Shown: positions 17,101-25,920 of the stretch, piece by piece | Layout: every line of letters starts with the position of its first letter | Position numbering within the stretch: position 1 is the stretch's first letter | From: a virus | Taxonomy: Duplodnaviria; Caudoviricetes | Virus record (IMG/VR): IMGVR_UViG_3300032125_000012 | Coordinates: 1-37,969 of that record | DNA length: 37,969 nucleotides | Strand: one strand, 5' to 3' | Program-made: the position numbers and the translations under genes | Notes under the pieces: model-generated | Seen by the model: the letters and a program-made list of their open reading frames with translations, nothing else | What the model was told of the DNA's origin: nothing | Database searches by the model: none

Positions 17101-19770
17101 TCATTGTTCCATATTCATTATTATTTGAATTAGAATTTTTTCCCTGCTGCTTGCTTGTGCTGCGTATTTAGGAGCAAACGCTTGAGATTTTTGAGCAACA
17201 CTTGGCATTGCAATTTTACTTACATCTGGAATTGATAAATTAGCCATTTTCATACCCGCATCTTCAACATCGCCCATATCTGCTTCCATACCAATGGCCA
17301 TGCCTTGAGGTAACATCTTACCTATTTCATCCCTAAATACACGAGATGGTGAATGTATTCCAAAGAAACTTAGTACATTATCTTTAAAACTACCTAAAAC
17401 ACTTTTAGCAGCAGTCCAAAGACTTCCTGCAGCAGATGAAATCCCTGTTCCGATACCGTCAATAATCTGTGAACCTATACTTGACCAATCAACATCTTCA
17501 AATGCACTTATGATTGAATCAATAATTTGAGGAATAGCTCCTACTAAAACAGGTATTGTTTTAATCAAACCGTCGATTAGAGCTAAAAGTATTTTTATAC
17601 CAGCGTTTATAATTTGAGGCAACATGTCAATTAAAGCGTTGGATAATTGAATAATTAACATAATTGCCATCGCAATTAATTGAGGTAATAATCTAACAAC
17701 ACCGTCAATCAAAGCAAGCAATATATCCATTCCGGCTGATAAGATAACCGGTAAAGAATTCAATAAGGCATTGCTTATTGAAACGATCAATAAAATAGCT
17801 GCTGCAATCAATTGAGGTAAAACTTGCATGATCCCATCAATAATCGCGAATAAAATATCTAGCCCTGCAGAAATAATAACAGGTAGCATAGAAATTAAAG
17901 TTGTGGCTATTGAAGTAATTAGAGAAACAGCTAATTGAATCAACAAAGGAAGTATCGAAACGATTCCGTTTATAATCGCTAGCAAAATACTTACACCTGC
18001 TTGAAGTACCATAGGTAGATAAGTTACTACTGCTTGAATCAAAGACGTTAAGACTAAGAAAATTGCGCCTAAAATAGAAGGCAAAGCTGCAACCAAACCA
18101 TTAACAATAGCAAGTAAGATATCCATCCCGACTTGTATAATCATAGGCAGATATGCAACAAACTGAGTGATGATCGACGTTATTACATTTATGATTACAA
18201 TCAGTAATTCAGGAACACTCGTGCCCATTCCCAAAGCAATCGCATTTAAAATGTTGTATCCCATAAATATTAATTTGGGAATGCCTCCTAAAAACAGGCC
18301 GATAATAATTGGGATTAAAGTTGCGGCAACTTCTTTCAAAGCGTCAAAGTTACCTGTCGAAAATGCTTCTTTTATTGAAGTGCCTAATCCAATAAATTTA
18401 TCAATCATAGGTTGCATTGCAGCTAAAACAAAATCAAATGCCACTTTTGCCACTTGACCGAAAGTATTGAGATATCCAATTATTGTAGGTAGATAATCAA
18501 TAAACGCAGCAACTAATTTGATTCCTAATTCAACTGCTTTTACTGCTAAATCTTTTAATATCGGAATTAACGTATCGAGTGTTTGTTTGAAAAAATCAAT
18601 TACTTTGTTAACCGTACCCATGTTAAAACCTAGTTCAACTAATTTTTGCTTTAAATAATCTGAGTTTCCAGATATAAGAATAAAAGCCGCTACTAATAAC
18701 CCAATAGCCATGATGGTTAAAGTAATAGGATGTGTTAGGAAAGCTAGGACAGTAGACAGTAATCCAGCTGCATTAGTTGCAATAAGCATTGCTCCAGACA
18801 TCTGAACTGTCGCTCCTGCTACGGTAACGGTATGCATAGTTGTTAAGAACAGCCATGTATTATAAACGATTAAAGATGTAACTAAACTACTAATCATTAC
18901 TACTGTTGACTGCATTACGGATTCGTGTTCTGAAAACCATTCATTTACAGCACGTATAGCTTCCGCTACTCCATTAAAAGCATCAGCAGTACCGGCTAAA
19001 GCTCCTATAATTGGAGACATAATGGGTTCCATAACAGCTGCTGCAAAGTTACTAAACGCGCTAAACAAATTTCCTAATTGATTTTCTAACGTCATGGATT
19101 CTCTTGCAGCTTGACCAGTAGCTCCTGACATCTCGTACATTGCTTCAGCATACTTAAGTCTTATAATTTGTTTTCCAGCTTCATCTAATGATTTAAATTC
19201 TTCACCTAAATTTTTTGAAGACCATTCAGCTAGTTGTGTTTCATTAGCGAACAGTCCTATTGCTTCACCACCCTCATAACTTCCGTTAATGAAGGAATTA
19301 AGTCCACTTGTTGTATCTGCCAAAGATTTGTCATAAAAGGCTGCTCCATCGGCTGCTAATGTCGTGGCAGTTGTAGCTTGTTTCATTGCATCTTTAATAT
19401 CTAATCCTAGTCCCAAAAATTTAGATGTCGTTTGTGAAAACATTGGTTTTAACCGATTTGGAAGTATACCAAATTCATCTGACATCTTATTAACGGTTTC
19501 TTCTGCTACGTCGCCTAAATCACCGAAAACTTGTTCAAATTGGGCGTTTATAGCAGCTATGTCGGCAGCTGCTTTTATTCCAAATACCGCAAAAGCTGAA
19601 CCAGCAGTTAAAGTAGCTTTGACTGCCAATTTAGTCATATCTTTAAAGCCATCCGTCATTTCGACTCCTGTTTTTGTGACGCTTTTCAGTTTTTTATTTA
19701 AATCATCGACACCTTTATCAATATTTCGATCATTAAGTTCTGCATCAATTACAACTCTTCCATCAGACAA
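17101..19770 (-). CDS. Tape measure protein (native C-terminus probably in the -1 frame, ending at 16970)
   Basis: MSDGRVVID start, 11/22-residue amphipathic repeats, FFGIHSPSRVF motif. Confidence 0.93.
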   Translation of the reverse strand: MSDGRVVIDAELNDRNIDKGVDDLNKKLKSVTKTGVEMTDGFKDMTKLAVKATLTAGSAFAVFGIKAAADIAAINAQFEQVFGDLGDVAEETVNKMSDEFGILPNRLKPMFSQTTSKFLGLGLDIKDAMKQATTATTLAADGAAFYDKSLADTTSGLNSFINGSYEGGEAIGLFANETQLAEWSSKNLGEEFKSLDEAGKQIIRLKYAEAMYEMSGATGQAARESMTLENQLGNLFSAFSNFAAAVMEPIMSPIIGALAGTADAFNGVAEAIRAVNEWFSEHESVMQSTVVMISSLVTSLIVYNTWLFLTTMHTVTVAGATVQMSGAMLIATNAAGLLSTVLAFLTHPITLTIMAIGLLVAAFILISGNSDYLKQKLVELGFNMGTVNKVIDFFKQTLDTLIPILKDLAVKAVELGIKLVAAFIDYLPTIIGYLNTFGQVAKVAFDFVLAAMQPMIDKFIGLGTSIKEAFSTGNFDALKEVAATLIPIIIGLFLGGIPKLIFMGYNILNAIALGMGTSVPELLIVIINVITSIITQFVAYLPMIIQVGMDILLAIVNGLVAALPSILGAIFLVLTSLIQAVVTYLPMVLQAGVSILLAIINGIVSILPLLIQLAVSLITSIATTLISMLPVIISAGLDILFAIIDGIMQVLPQLIAAAILLIVSISNALLNSLPVILSAGMDILLALIDGVVRLLPQLIAMAIMLIIQLSNALIDMLPQIINAGIKILLALIDGLIKTIPVLVGAIPQIIDSIISAFEDVDWSSIGSQIIDGIGTGISSAAGSLWTAAKSVLGSFKDNVLSFFGIHSPSRVFRDEIGKMLPQGMAIGMEADMGDVEDAGMKMANLSIPDVSKIAMPSVAQKSQAFAPKYAAQASSREKILIQIIMNMEQ

Positions 19771-19777
19771 TTACTCC

Positions 19778-20383
19778 TCACCTCACTCCTTTTCCGCGCT
19801 GTTTTTTCATTGTTTCTAAGAGTTTTTTCTCTCGTGCCACTTTATGACTTGGAAGTTCATATATTTTTTTTAGTTTTTTAATTCTTTCACGTTCTTCCCT
19901 ACTAGCTTCTTTAGCTTTTGGGATATCCATCAACCGATACGAAACAGCCTTCATGATTGGAGACTCTTCGCTTAAAGAGTTGAATAGTGCAATAAACTTA
20001 AGCCAACTCATTTTCTTTTGTTGCTCCAATAAATCGATATCGTATTCAGCTAAATAAGAGGCGTATATTCGTTCTGCATCATGAGTGAAGTTATAAGGTT
20101 CGACCTCTGGTTCATCGTTTTTATTACCTTTTTTATCATCTTTTATGATGTCAAAAGCCTTATTTACTACACTTGAACGATCATAAATATCAAATGATCC
20201 GTACTTTTCATACCCTTTTACGAGAACACGAAAAAGGATGACTATCTTTTCGATTTCCTCGAAAGTGTCATCCTCTATTAATTCGAAACATTTCAATACA
20301 TCGTTGTAATAAAGGTTTAATTCTATTTCTACCCCTTTATGTTCAACAACATACCTTTCTTTTGCCTGAGTTAGTTTAAACAT
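19778..20383 (-). CDS. Tail assembly chaperone (A118 Gp15-like)
   Basis: YNFTHDAERIYASY..EYDIDL...MSWLKFIALFNSL motif. Confidence 0.85.
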   Translation of the reverse strand: MFKLTQAKERYVVEHKGVEIELNLYYNDVLKCFELIEDDTFEEIEKIVILFRVLVKGYEKYGSFDIYDRSSVVNKAFDIIKDDKKGNKNDEPEVEPYNFTHDAERIYASYLAEYDIDLLEQQKKMSWLKFIALFNSLSEESPIMKAVSYRLMDIPKAKEASREERERIKKLKKIYELPSHKVAREKKLLETMKKQRGKGVR

Positions 20384-20394
20384 GAACCCACGAC

Positions 20395-20736
20395 CTATTC
20401 TTCTGTATATTCTGCAGCCTTAATTTGTTTAAGTTCATCCTTTTTAGCGTTTATAAAGTCAGCAAGTTCTTTCATAACGTTTGCTAATACATAAGATGAT
20501 TTTTCGCATGTTTCATAAATTTCATGACCTGCACCTTTTTGATCTAAAAATACATCTAAAGTGTTCTTAGCAATTTCAACGTTCTTTTCCGTACTCTTTG
20601 CTTTTTCTAGTTTTTTTTGCATTTCTTTAGATTCGCTAGAAACTCTATTCAAATGGGCATCTGATAATTTGAATAAGTAAACATGTTCACCAATTTCGAT
20701 TTCTTCGACCGCTTTTTTTACACTAATTTTTACCAT
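20395..20736 (-). CDS. Tail assembly chaperone (Gp14-like)
   Basis: Position between the major tail protein and the Gp15-like gene. Confidence 0.7.
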   Translation of the reverse strand: MVKISVKKAVEEIEIGEHVYLFKLSDAHLNRVSSESKEMQKKLEKAKSTEKNVEIAKNTLDVFLDQKGAGHEIYETCEKSSYVLANVMKELADFINAKKDELKQIKAAEYTEE

Positions 20737-20769
20737 TATTTTTTCCTCCTAATTGTTAATAGTTTGCAT

Positions 20770-20799
20770 AAAAATAGAGGGTAGCCATTGCCACCCCCT
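20770..20799 (-). terminator. Terminator after the major tail gene
   Basis: AGGGGGTGGC-AATG-GCTACCCTCT followed by ATTTTT. Confidence 0.7.
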
Positions 20800-20807
20800 G
20801 TTGTTTA

Positions 20808-21275
20808 TTAAGCTTCTGCTATTGCTTCAGTAAATGTATTAAGACCATTAAAATGAATTTCGAATGAAATTTCACCTTTTGAATTAGCGGCTCCACCTGG
20901 TGAAGAAATATTAGCAACTGTTGCATTTCCTACCAGTTTGGCACCATCTGGATAAGTCACTCTAAAAGTACCTTTACGCGCGTTACCTACTTGGTGATTT
21001 AATACATTATAGAAATAATCTTGTGCCGGATCGCCATATAAACGATGACCTTCAAATGAGTAAACTTCTTGTTTGCCGATTACATCTGTTGAAGCTTGTC
21101 CGCCACCATCGTAATAAGCCGTTTGATCGATTTCTTCATTTGGTTCTGGTGATACATCTGAAATACCTCCAGCGATAAGTAACCAGTCTAAAGCATCTGT
21201 TGTTGCATTTTGAACTTTGTTAAATTCAAATTTAAATCCTGCTTGGATTAAAAATGCTGCATCTTCTAAATTCAT
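20808..21275 (-). CDS. Major tail (tube) protein
   Basis: AYYDGGG, FEGHRLYGDPAQDY, GGAANSKGEISFEIHFNG motifs. Confidence 0.88.
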   Translation of the reverse strand: MNLEDAAFLIQAGFKFEFNKVQNATTDALDWLLIAGGISDVSPEPNEEIDQTAYYDGGGQASTDVIGKQEVYSFEGHRLYGDPAQDYFYNVLNHQVGNARKGTFRVTYPDGAKLVGNATVANISSPGGAANSKGEISFEIHFNGLNTFTEAIAEA

Positions 21276-21283
21276 CTAATAAA

Positions 21284-21664
21284 TCACTCCTTTATAATTT
21301 CTGCCCTATAGGCTGCTGTATAGATATGTTCGCTGCTACTTGTCTTTTCTAACCAACTTGGATCGATGTAAACTTCACAACTGTTTAACTTATATCCTTT
21401 AACTTCAAATGTTGCTCCGTCTAAATAATCGTTTATATTTTCTGAAACGTTCATTGCTAGTTCTGGATTTGGGTTTTTAACCAATACTTGAAATTGAACC
21501 ACTCTTATTCTTGAACCGTCATAGTATCTAGTACCTAATGACCCAGGCATAGATCCAATGGATATGCTTGTTGAAGCTGCAGTTAATCCATTAAGCGCTA
21601 CCGTAGAAAATAAGCTCATATTCGATTCCAAATGAGTTTTTAACGCCATATAAAATTCAAACAC
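21284..21664 (-). CDS. Tail terminator/completion protein (Minor_capsid_3-like)
   Basis: RYYDGSR..QFQVLVK motif; synteny. Confidence 0.7.
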   Translation of the reverse strand: MFEFYMALKTHLESNMSLFSTVALNGLTAASTSISIGSMPGSLGTRYYDGSRIRVVQFQVLVKNPNPELAMNVSENINDYLDGATFEVKGYKLNSCEVYIDPSWLEKTSSSEHIYTAAYRAEIIKE

Positions 21665-22008
21665 TACTTATTCACCTCCGATTGAGTCATTTTTAGCCAA
21701 TCGCTTAAATGCTTGCTTTTTGCTACTTCAAACCATTTTCCACCAGCGTTTTCGTTCATATCCGTACTAAAATTATATTCAGGATTCCAATATAACCTTC
21801 TAGCATAAGGAGTGTCCCAAATAAGAACACCCTCACCTATCTTAGAAGCGGTTAGTGAACTATTAATCAGTATTGATTCATCTTGTGGCGCATAGTAATT
21901 TGAATCTTTTATAACTTGTTCATCTAAGACCGCTTGAGCGCGTTCTAGCTTTTCTTTAATTTTTTTTTCAACGCCTTTTAGATCAACTTGAACAGATACA
22001 TTTATCAT
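21664..22008 (-). CDS. Neck protein (Minor_capsid_2-like)
   Basis: DSNYYAP, WDTPYARRLY, NAGGKWFE motifs. Confidence 0.8.
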   Translation of the reverse strand: MINVSVQVDLKGVEKKIKEKLERAQAVLDEQVIKDSNYYAPQDESILINSSLTASKIGEGVLIWDTPYARRLYWNPEYNFSTDMNENAGGKWFEVAKSKHLSDWLKMTQSEVNK

Positions 22009-22337
22009 ATCACCCTCAATTCCAAATGGTGGAGTTTCTCGCCATCGTAAAACTCGTCAACCTGTCTTAATTCCATTTCGTTATTGTTAAACGTTATTTT
22101 AGAACCTTTAACGAATGTTATTGGTGTGCTAAATACAACGTCCCAAAAAATCGTTGTCGTGCTCTCTACGCTTTCACCTGTACCAGAACGAACGAGTTTT
22201 GTTTTTGGTTCAACTCTAACTTGGTTGATAACCTGAGGCGTTTTGAATAAGTTACCCCATCCATCATCTTCTTGGGTTTCTCGATAGACAATCGAATGAA
22301 TTAATAGCCTTCTTTTGATTGGATTAGCCAATAACAC
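22005..22337 (-). CDS. Head closure protein (Minor_capsid_1-like)
   Basis: LLIHSIVY..DDGWGN...HHLEL; start at GTG 22337 or TTG 22331 after GGAGG. Confidence 0.75.
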   Translation of the reverse strand: MLLANPIKRRLLIHSIVYRETQEDDGWGNLFKTPQVINQVRVEPKTKLVRSGTGESVESTTTIFWDVVFSTPITFVKGSKITFNNNEMELRQVDEFYDGEKLHHLELRVI

Positions 22338-22701
22338 CAACTCCTCCATAAAGTAAGCCAGTAGGCCATAAAAAGCCATCTACGTTATCAGCAATCAATA
22401 CTTTTTTACTATCCGTTGATCCGTTGTTTTCTGAATACGATCCAATGCTGACAGAACCACCACTATTTGAAACAGTAGAAGACAGTTCACCGTTCTCAGA
22501 TAAGAACTCTATTTGAGCACATACAGCCTCTTTAACGCGTTCTTGTTGAAACGTTGTTAACTTACTGAAATCAGTTATACGATAGTTCGTACGAACATTA
22601 ATATCACGCTCAGCACGTTTGATTAGTTGAAACAAAAAAGTAGCATCGCTAATTGCGACACCACCATATGTTTCTTCATAATAATTTGCGTCCACGTACA
22701 T
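22324..22701 (-). CDS. Head-tail connector/adaptor
   Basis: MYVDANYY, VKEAVCAQIE, LWPTGLLYGGV motifs. Confidence 0.8.
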   Translation of the reverse strand: MYVDANYYEETYGGVAISDATFLFQLIKRAERDINVRTNYRITDFSKLTTFQQERVKEAVCAQIEFLSENGELSSTVSNSGGSVSIGSYSENNGSTDSKKVLIADNVDGFLWPTGLLYGGVGVIG

Positions 22702-22710
22702 AAGACACCT

Positions 22711-22935
22711 CTATTCTTTTGGTTGTTCCACTTCTTTTACAACTTCATCTTCTTTAGATTCATCTTCAACTTCTACGATAAATCCTTTTTGTTTAATTTT
22801 AATAATACGTTCTTCTGGAACATTACGTTTAGTCGCTGGGAAATCATCACCAGCTTCATAAACACGTCCTAAAGGGAAAGTCTTTGCTTTATCTTGTAAG
22901 TCACGAAATGTTGAAACTACTTTATACTTAACCAT
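22711..22935 (-). CDS. Small head-associated protein
   Basis: FRDLQD..VYEAGDDFP..EERI motif, directly after the capsid gene. Confidence 0.65.
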   Translation of the reverse strand: MVKYKVVSTFRDLQDKAKTFPLGRVYEAGDDFPATKRNVPEERIIKIKQKGFIVEVEDESKEDEVVKEVEQPKE

Positions 22936-22946
22936 TTAATTTCCTC

Positions 22947-23816
22947 CTATACAGCTGGGACTTCTGTAACAACGACTTTTAATACTTTGCTGTCATTCAC
23001 AAGAGCAACAACGTAATGTTGATCAGCATTGAATTTAGTCAATTTATGGTCCATATCACGTCCAGTTTCTGGATTAACACCACGTTTCAAGTACGTTTTC
23101 AAAGCACCAACTTTAACCGCGTAAACTTCTCCTTGAACGACTTTACGAGTACGAACAACTTGCCATCCTAACGCGTCACCGAAAACACCAGTAACTAATA
23201 ATTGATCTCCTAAGTCAGTAGCACGGGTCCAACCATCCGCAATTCCTTTACGCAATTTAGTAACGTCTTTAGGATTCATGAACAATACGCCAGTTTCTTG
23301 TTCTTCTGTATTGAATGTATCTTCGATTGAATCAATCAAAGTAGCGTCAAAAGCATCGTTAGTCGTTGCTAAAGTGGCTGTTTTAACTTGAACTAAAGTA
23401 TCGTTATCAATCCCACTAGCGATAGAAGTAGTTACTTGATTCTTAGCTTCACCAATTGGATCACCATACCCGCTTAAAACAGCTTCATCGGTAATTTCTA
23501 CTCCTTTAGCAATCTTTTTAATCGTATGAGTAGAATTAGAAGTTGTTAATTTTGTGTAATCAATTGCTGCGCCTTCTGCTACTTCTGTCGCATCACCGAT
23601 ATAAGCATATTTAGGTAATGTAATCGTACTACCAGGTTGTCCTTGTAAAGTTGTATCAATTGGTGCGATACCACCAAATTTAATTGCATTAGGTAAATCA
23701 GCTGTGATCATGTCTCCTAAAACTTCTGGGTCTACCATGTCAGCCACTACAGTAGTTGCGAACATTTGAATATTCATTTTCATTGGTGCTAATAATTGTT
23801 TTGCGTTCTTTTCCAT
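22947..23816 (-). CDS. Major capsid protein
   Basis: DPEVLGDMI, DTTLQGQPGSTITLPKY, ITDEAVLSGYGDP motifs. Confidence 0.93.
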   Translation of the reverse strand: MEKNAKQLLAPMKMNIQMFATTVVADMVDPEVLGDMITADLPNAIKFGGIAPIDTTLQGQPGSTITLPKYAYIGDATEVAEGAAIDYTKLTTSNSTHTIKKIAKGVEITDEAVLSGYGDPIGEAKNQVTTSIASGIDNDTLVQVKTATLATTNDAFDATLIDSIEDTFNTEEQETGVLFMNPKDVTKLRKGIADGWTRATDLGDQLLVTGVFGDALGWQVVRTRKVVQGEVYAVKVGALKTYLKRGVNPETGRDMDHKLTKFNADQHYVVALVNDSKVLKVVVTEVPAV

Positions 23817-23833
23817 TTATACTTCATCTCCTG

Positions 23834-24454
23834 TTATTTTAGTTGGTCGTATAATTTCGGATTGGCTTTTCTTAATTCCAATCGTTCTTTATACCCCATT
23901 TTGACAAAACTTTCTTTCGTAATTTCTCCACTATTTTTAGAAGGATTTCCATTTTTGGAAAAGTTAGGATTATTATCCTTTTCTTTCCCTTTTTTAAACA
24001 TTGGATATTCTTCTAATACTGATTTAATTGCATCTTCTATGTCGTCTTCATCAGAAAGTTTAGCTAATTTGATAACTTTGTTGATTTGTTCAACATCTGC
24101 ACCTTGTTTTAGAGCTTCAAGTTCAGCTTTTGTGTTCGCTAGTTCTCCTGCTGTAGTAGATAGGTTACCTTTTAGAGCTTCTAATTCAGCATTTCCTTGC
24201 TCTTCATCTGTTTTACCTGCACTATTCAGCTTAGCTGTCGCTTCATCTAGTTGCGTTTGCAAAGCACTTTGAGCTTTCGTCGCTTTCTTAGTTTCTCTTC
24301 CAACTCTATCTGCAACTACTTGATCCATTTCTTCTTGCGTGAATGTTTTTGGGTCAGCTGGTGTTTCTTTATCAGTACCAGTACCAGCACCGCCTCCACC
24401 CAAGTCCTCAGCAAAGAATTGTAATCTCATAGGCATTTTAAATAATTTAATCAT
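23834..24454 (-). CDS. Scaffolding protein
   Basis: LQFFAE N-terminus, KTFTQEEMD, coiled coil, MGYKERLEL..NPKLYDQL; RBS favours the ATG at 24454. Confidence 0.88.
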   Translation of the reverse strand: MIKLFKMPMRLQFFAEDLGGGGAGTGTDKETPADPKTFTQEEMDQVVADRVGRETKKATKAQSALQTQLDEATAKLNSAGKTDEEQGNAELEALKGNLSTTAGELANTKAELEALKQGADVEQINKVIKLAKLSDEDDIEDAIKSVLEEYPMFKKGKEKDNNPNFSKNGNPSKNSGEITKESFVKMGYKERLELRKANPKLYDQLK

Positions 24455-24532
24455 AATCAATCTCCTTTTTATCGTCTTGTTTGACGTTCTCTTGCGAAGT
24501 TTAGAGACTTTAGCACGGTTTAGTCTTGATAA

Positions 24533-24679
24533 TTAACAAGCAATTGCATTTCCTCGTTTGTCGATTAAGTATTTCTTTCGTGAAAAACAGTAGCAATGTC
24601 TAAACAAATCAATTTGTAACCACGATTCAATGAATAACGATCCGTTTTCACTATATTTAGTCATGTTATGTCTAATCAT
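24533..24679 (-). CDS. Small phage protein (48 aa, MIRHNMTKYSENG...ESWLQIDLFRHCYCFSRKK)
   Basis: Not in the ORF track; GAGAGGGTG RBS; resembles small head-module ORFs of Firmicute phages. Confidence 0.65.
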   Translation of the reverse strand: MIRHNMTKYSENGSLFIESWLQIDLFRHCYCFSRKKYLIDKRGNAIAC

Positions 24680-24835
24680 TTATTCACCCTCTCATAATTT
24701 ACAATGGCTAGTCACTAACTAGCTTAGAGAAATGGACCACTTCCCTTCTTACAACTTGGATAACTCGCTTGGTGTAAATGAAGCATATGCATTTCTCCCT
24801 TCACCTATTAGTCGCTACTGTACGCAGATTAAAGG

Positions 24836-25918
24836 TTAAACGATATTTTCTTTTTGTTTACGTCTTGTTCTTCCAGATTCCTTGATAAATTTAGTCATTT
24901 CTCGTTTTCTTTTCTCAATCTTTTCATCTGCTTTTAGTAACTCTTCTTCTTTGACTTCCATCGAGTCCAACATAGCTCTTTCTTTCTTTGCTTTACGGAT
25001 ATTTCTCTCAAGATGTCTTTGTCGCTGAGATTCGATATACTTCTCTTCTGATTCTTTTTTGTCGAATGGTTCATTACGCTTAGTCGACACTCCTTCAACA
25101 TAAGCATATTCTTGGTGGGAGCAATTTATTCCTGTAACGATTCCGTCAATCTCCCCATAACTTGTAGATGAAAGGGCCGGATATTTCTTTGATTTCCCAC
25201 TTCTTGAGTAGATATTCCCTTGATAATCAACATGGCTTGGTCTGCTACCTGCATGGCTTGATATCTCAATCAAGTCAATATCGTAATCATCCATTCGACC
25301 TTCTTGCATAGATACAGCCACATTCTTTTGAGTGGATCGCAACACCATACTGATATAAGCTTCACTACTCCACTTTTTACCCGCTTTATCAATGATGGCC
25401 GGTATGCCACTTTCTGCCCATTCTCCCGCGACTTTAATCAATGATTGGTTAAGTGTTGAGTTACCAGTTAAAACATCTGTACTAGCCTTTGTTAGGATAT
25501 CAATGCACGCTTGATTGCTAAACGTTAACATGTTTGTATTAACCATGTTCATAACGTCTTTAGATTGCTTTTCTAATGCTAACAATCGACCGTAAACATT
25601 ATTACTAGGTGGCACATAGCCGACACCCGCTTTAACCAACGCTTCATTGCGTCCCTCAAATGCTTCAATTTCTGCAGCACCTAACTCGTTAATGTATTTT
25701 GTTACTTCTGATACACTCATACCACTATATTTAGCCAACACTTTTAGTTGATCGTTTCTCAATACACCTAACTGAGATAGTTTGGCCACTCTCCATTGAG
25801 TGACCCCCTCTTTGTTTACACCTTCGCCATTTCCAATTACTTTGCCAATGTTTTGAAGCATTTCTAATTCTATTTGCTGATAAAGTTGTTCAATAAAAAT
25901 ATTGCTTTGAACGGCCAT
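24836..25918 (-). CDS. Minor capsid/head morphogenesis protein (A118 Gp4-like)
   Basis: DKAGKKWS, SSHAGSRPSH..QG, GINCSH, QRQRHLERNIRKAK motifs. Confidence 0.88.
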   Translation of the reverse strand: MAVQSNIFIEQLYQQIELEMLQNIGKVIGNGEGVNKEGVTQWRVAKLSQLGVLRNDQLKVLAKYSGMSVSEVTKYINELGAAEIEAFEGRNEALVKAGVGYVPPSNNVYGRLLALEKQSKDVMNMVNTNMLTFSNQACIDILTKASTDVLTGNSTLNQSLIKVAGEWAESGIPAIIDKAGKKWSSEAYISMVLRSTQKNVAVSMQEGRMDDYDIDLIEISSHAGSRPSHVDYQGNIYSRSGKSKKYPALSSTSYGEIDGIVTGINCSHQEYAYVEGVSTKRNEPFDKKESEEKYIESQRQRHLERNIRKAKKERAMLDSMEVKEEELLKADEKIEKRKREMTKFIKESGRTRRKQKENIV

Positions 25919-25920
25919 GA

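Noticed and set aside
17500-18300. Hydrophobic repeats as a separate membrane protein or DNA repeat element
   Set aside because: They are ordinary 11/22-residue tape measure repeats
20384-20460. Programmed -1 frameshift fusing the two tail chaperones
   Set aside because: The downstream gene is in the -1 frame, but T AAA AAG is followed by -1 frame stops and no slippery site lies in the final open stretch
20808-22960. A118-style frameshift extensions of the capsid or major tail protein
   Set aside because: Neither gene ends in CCC-TAA or an evident slippery site, and no Ig-like extension ORF follows
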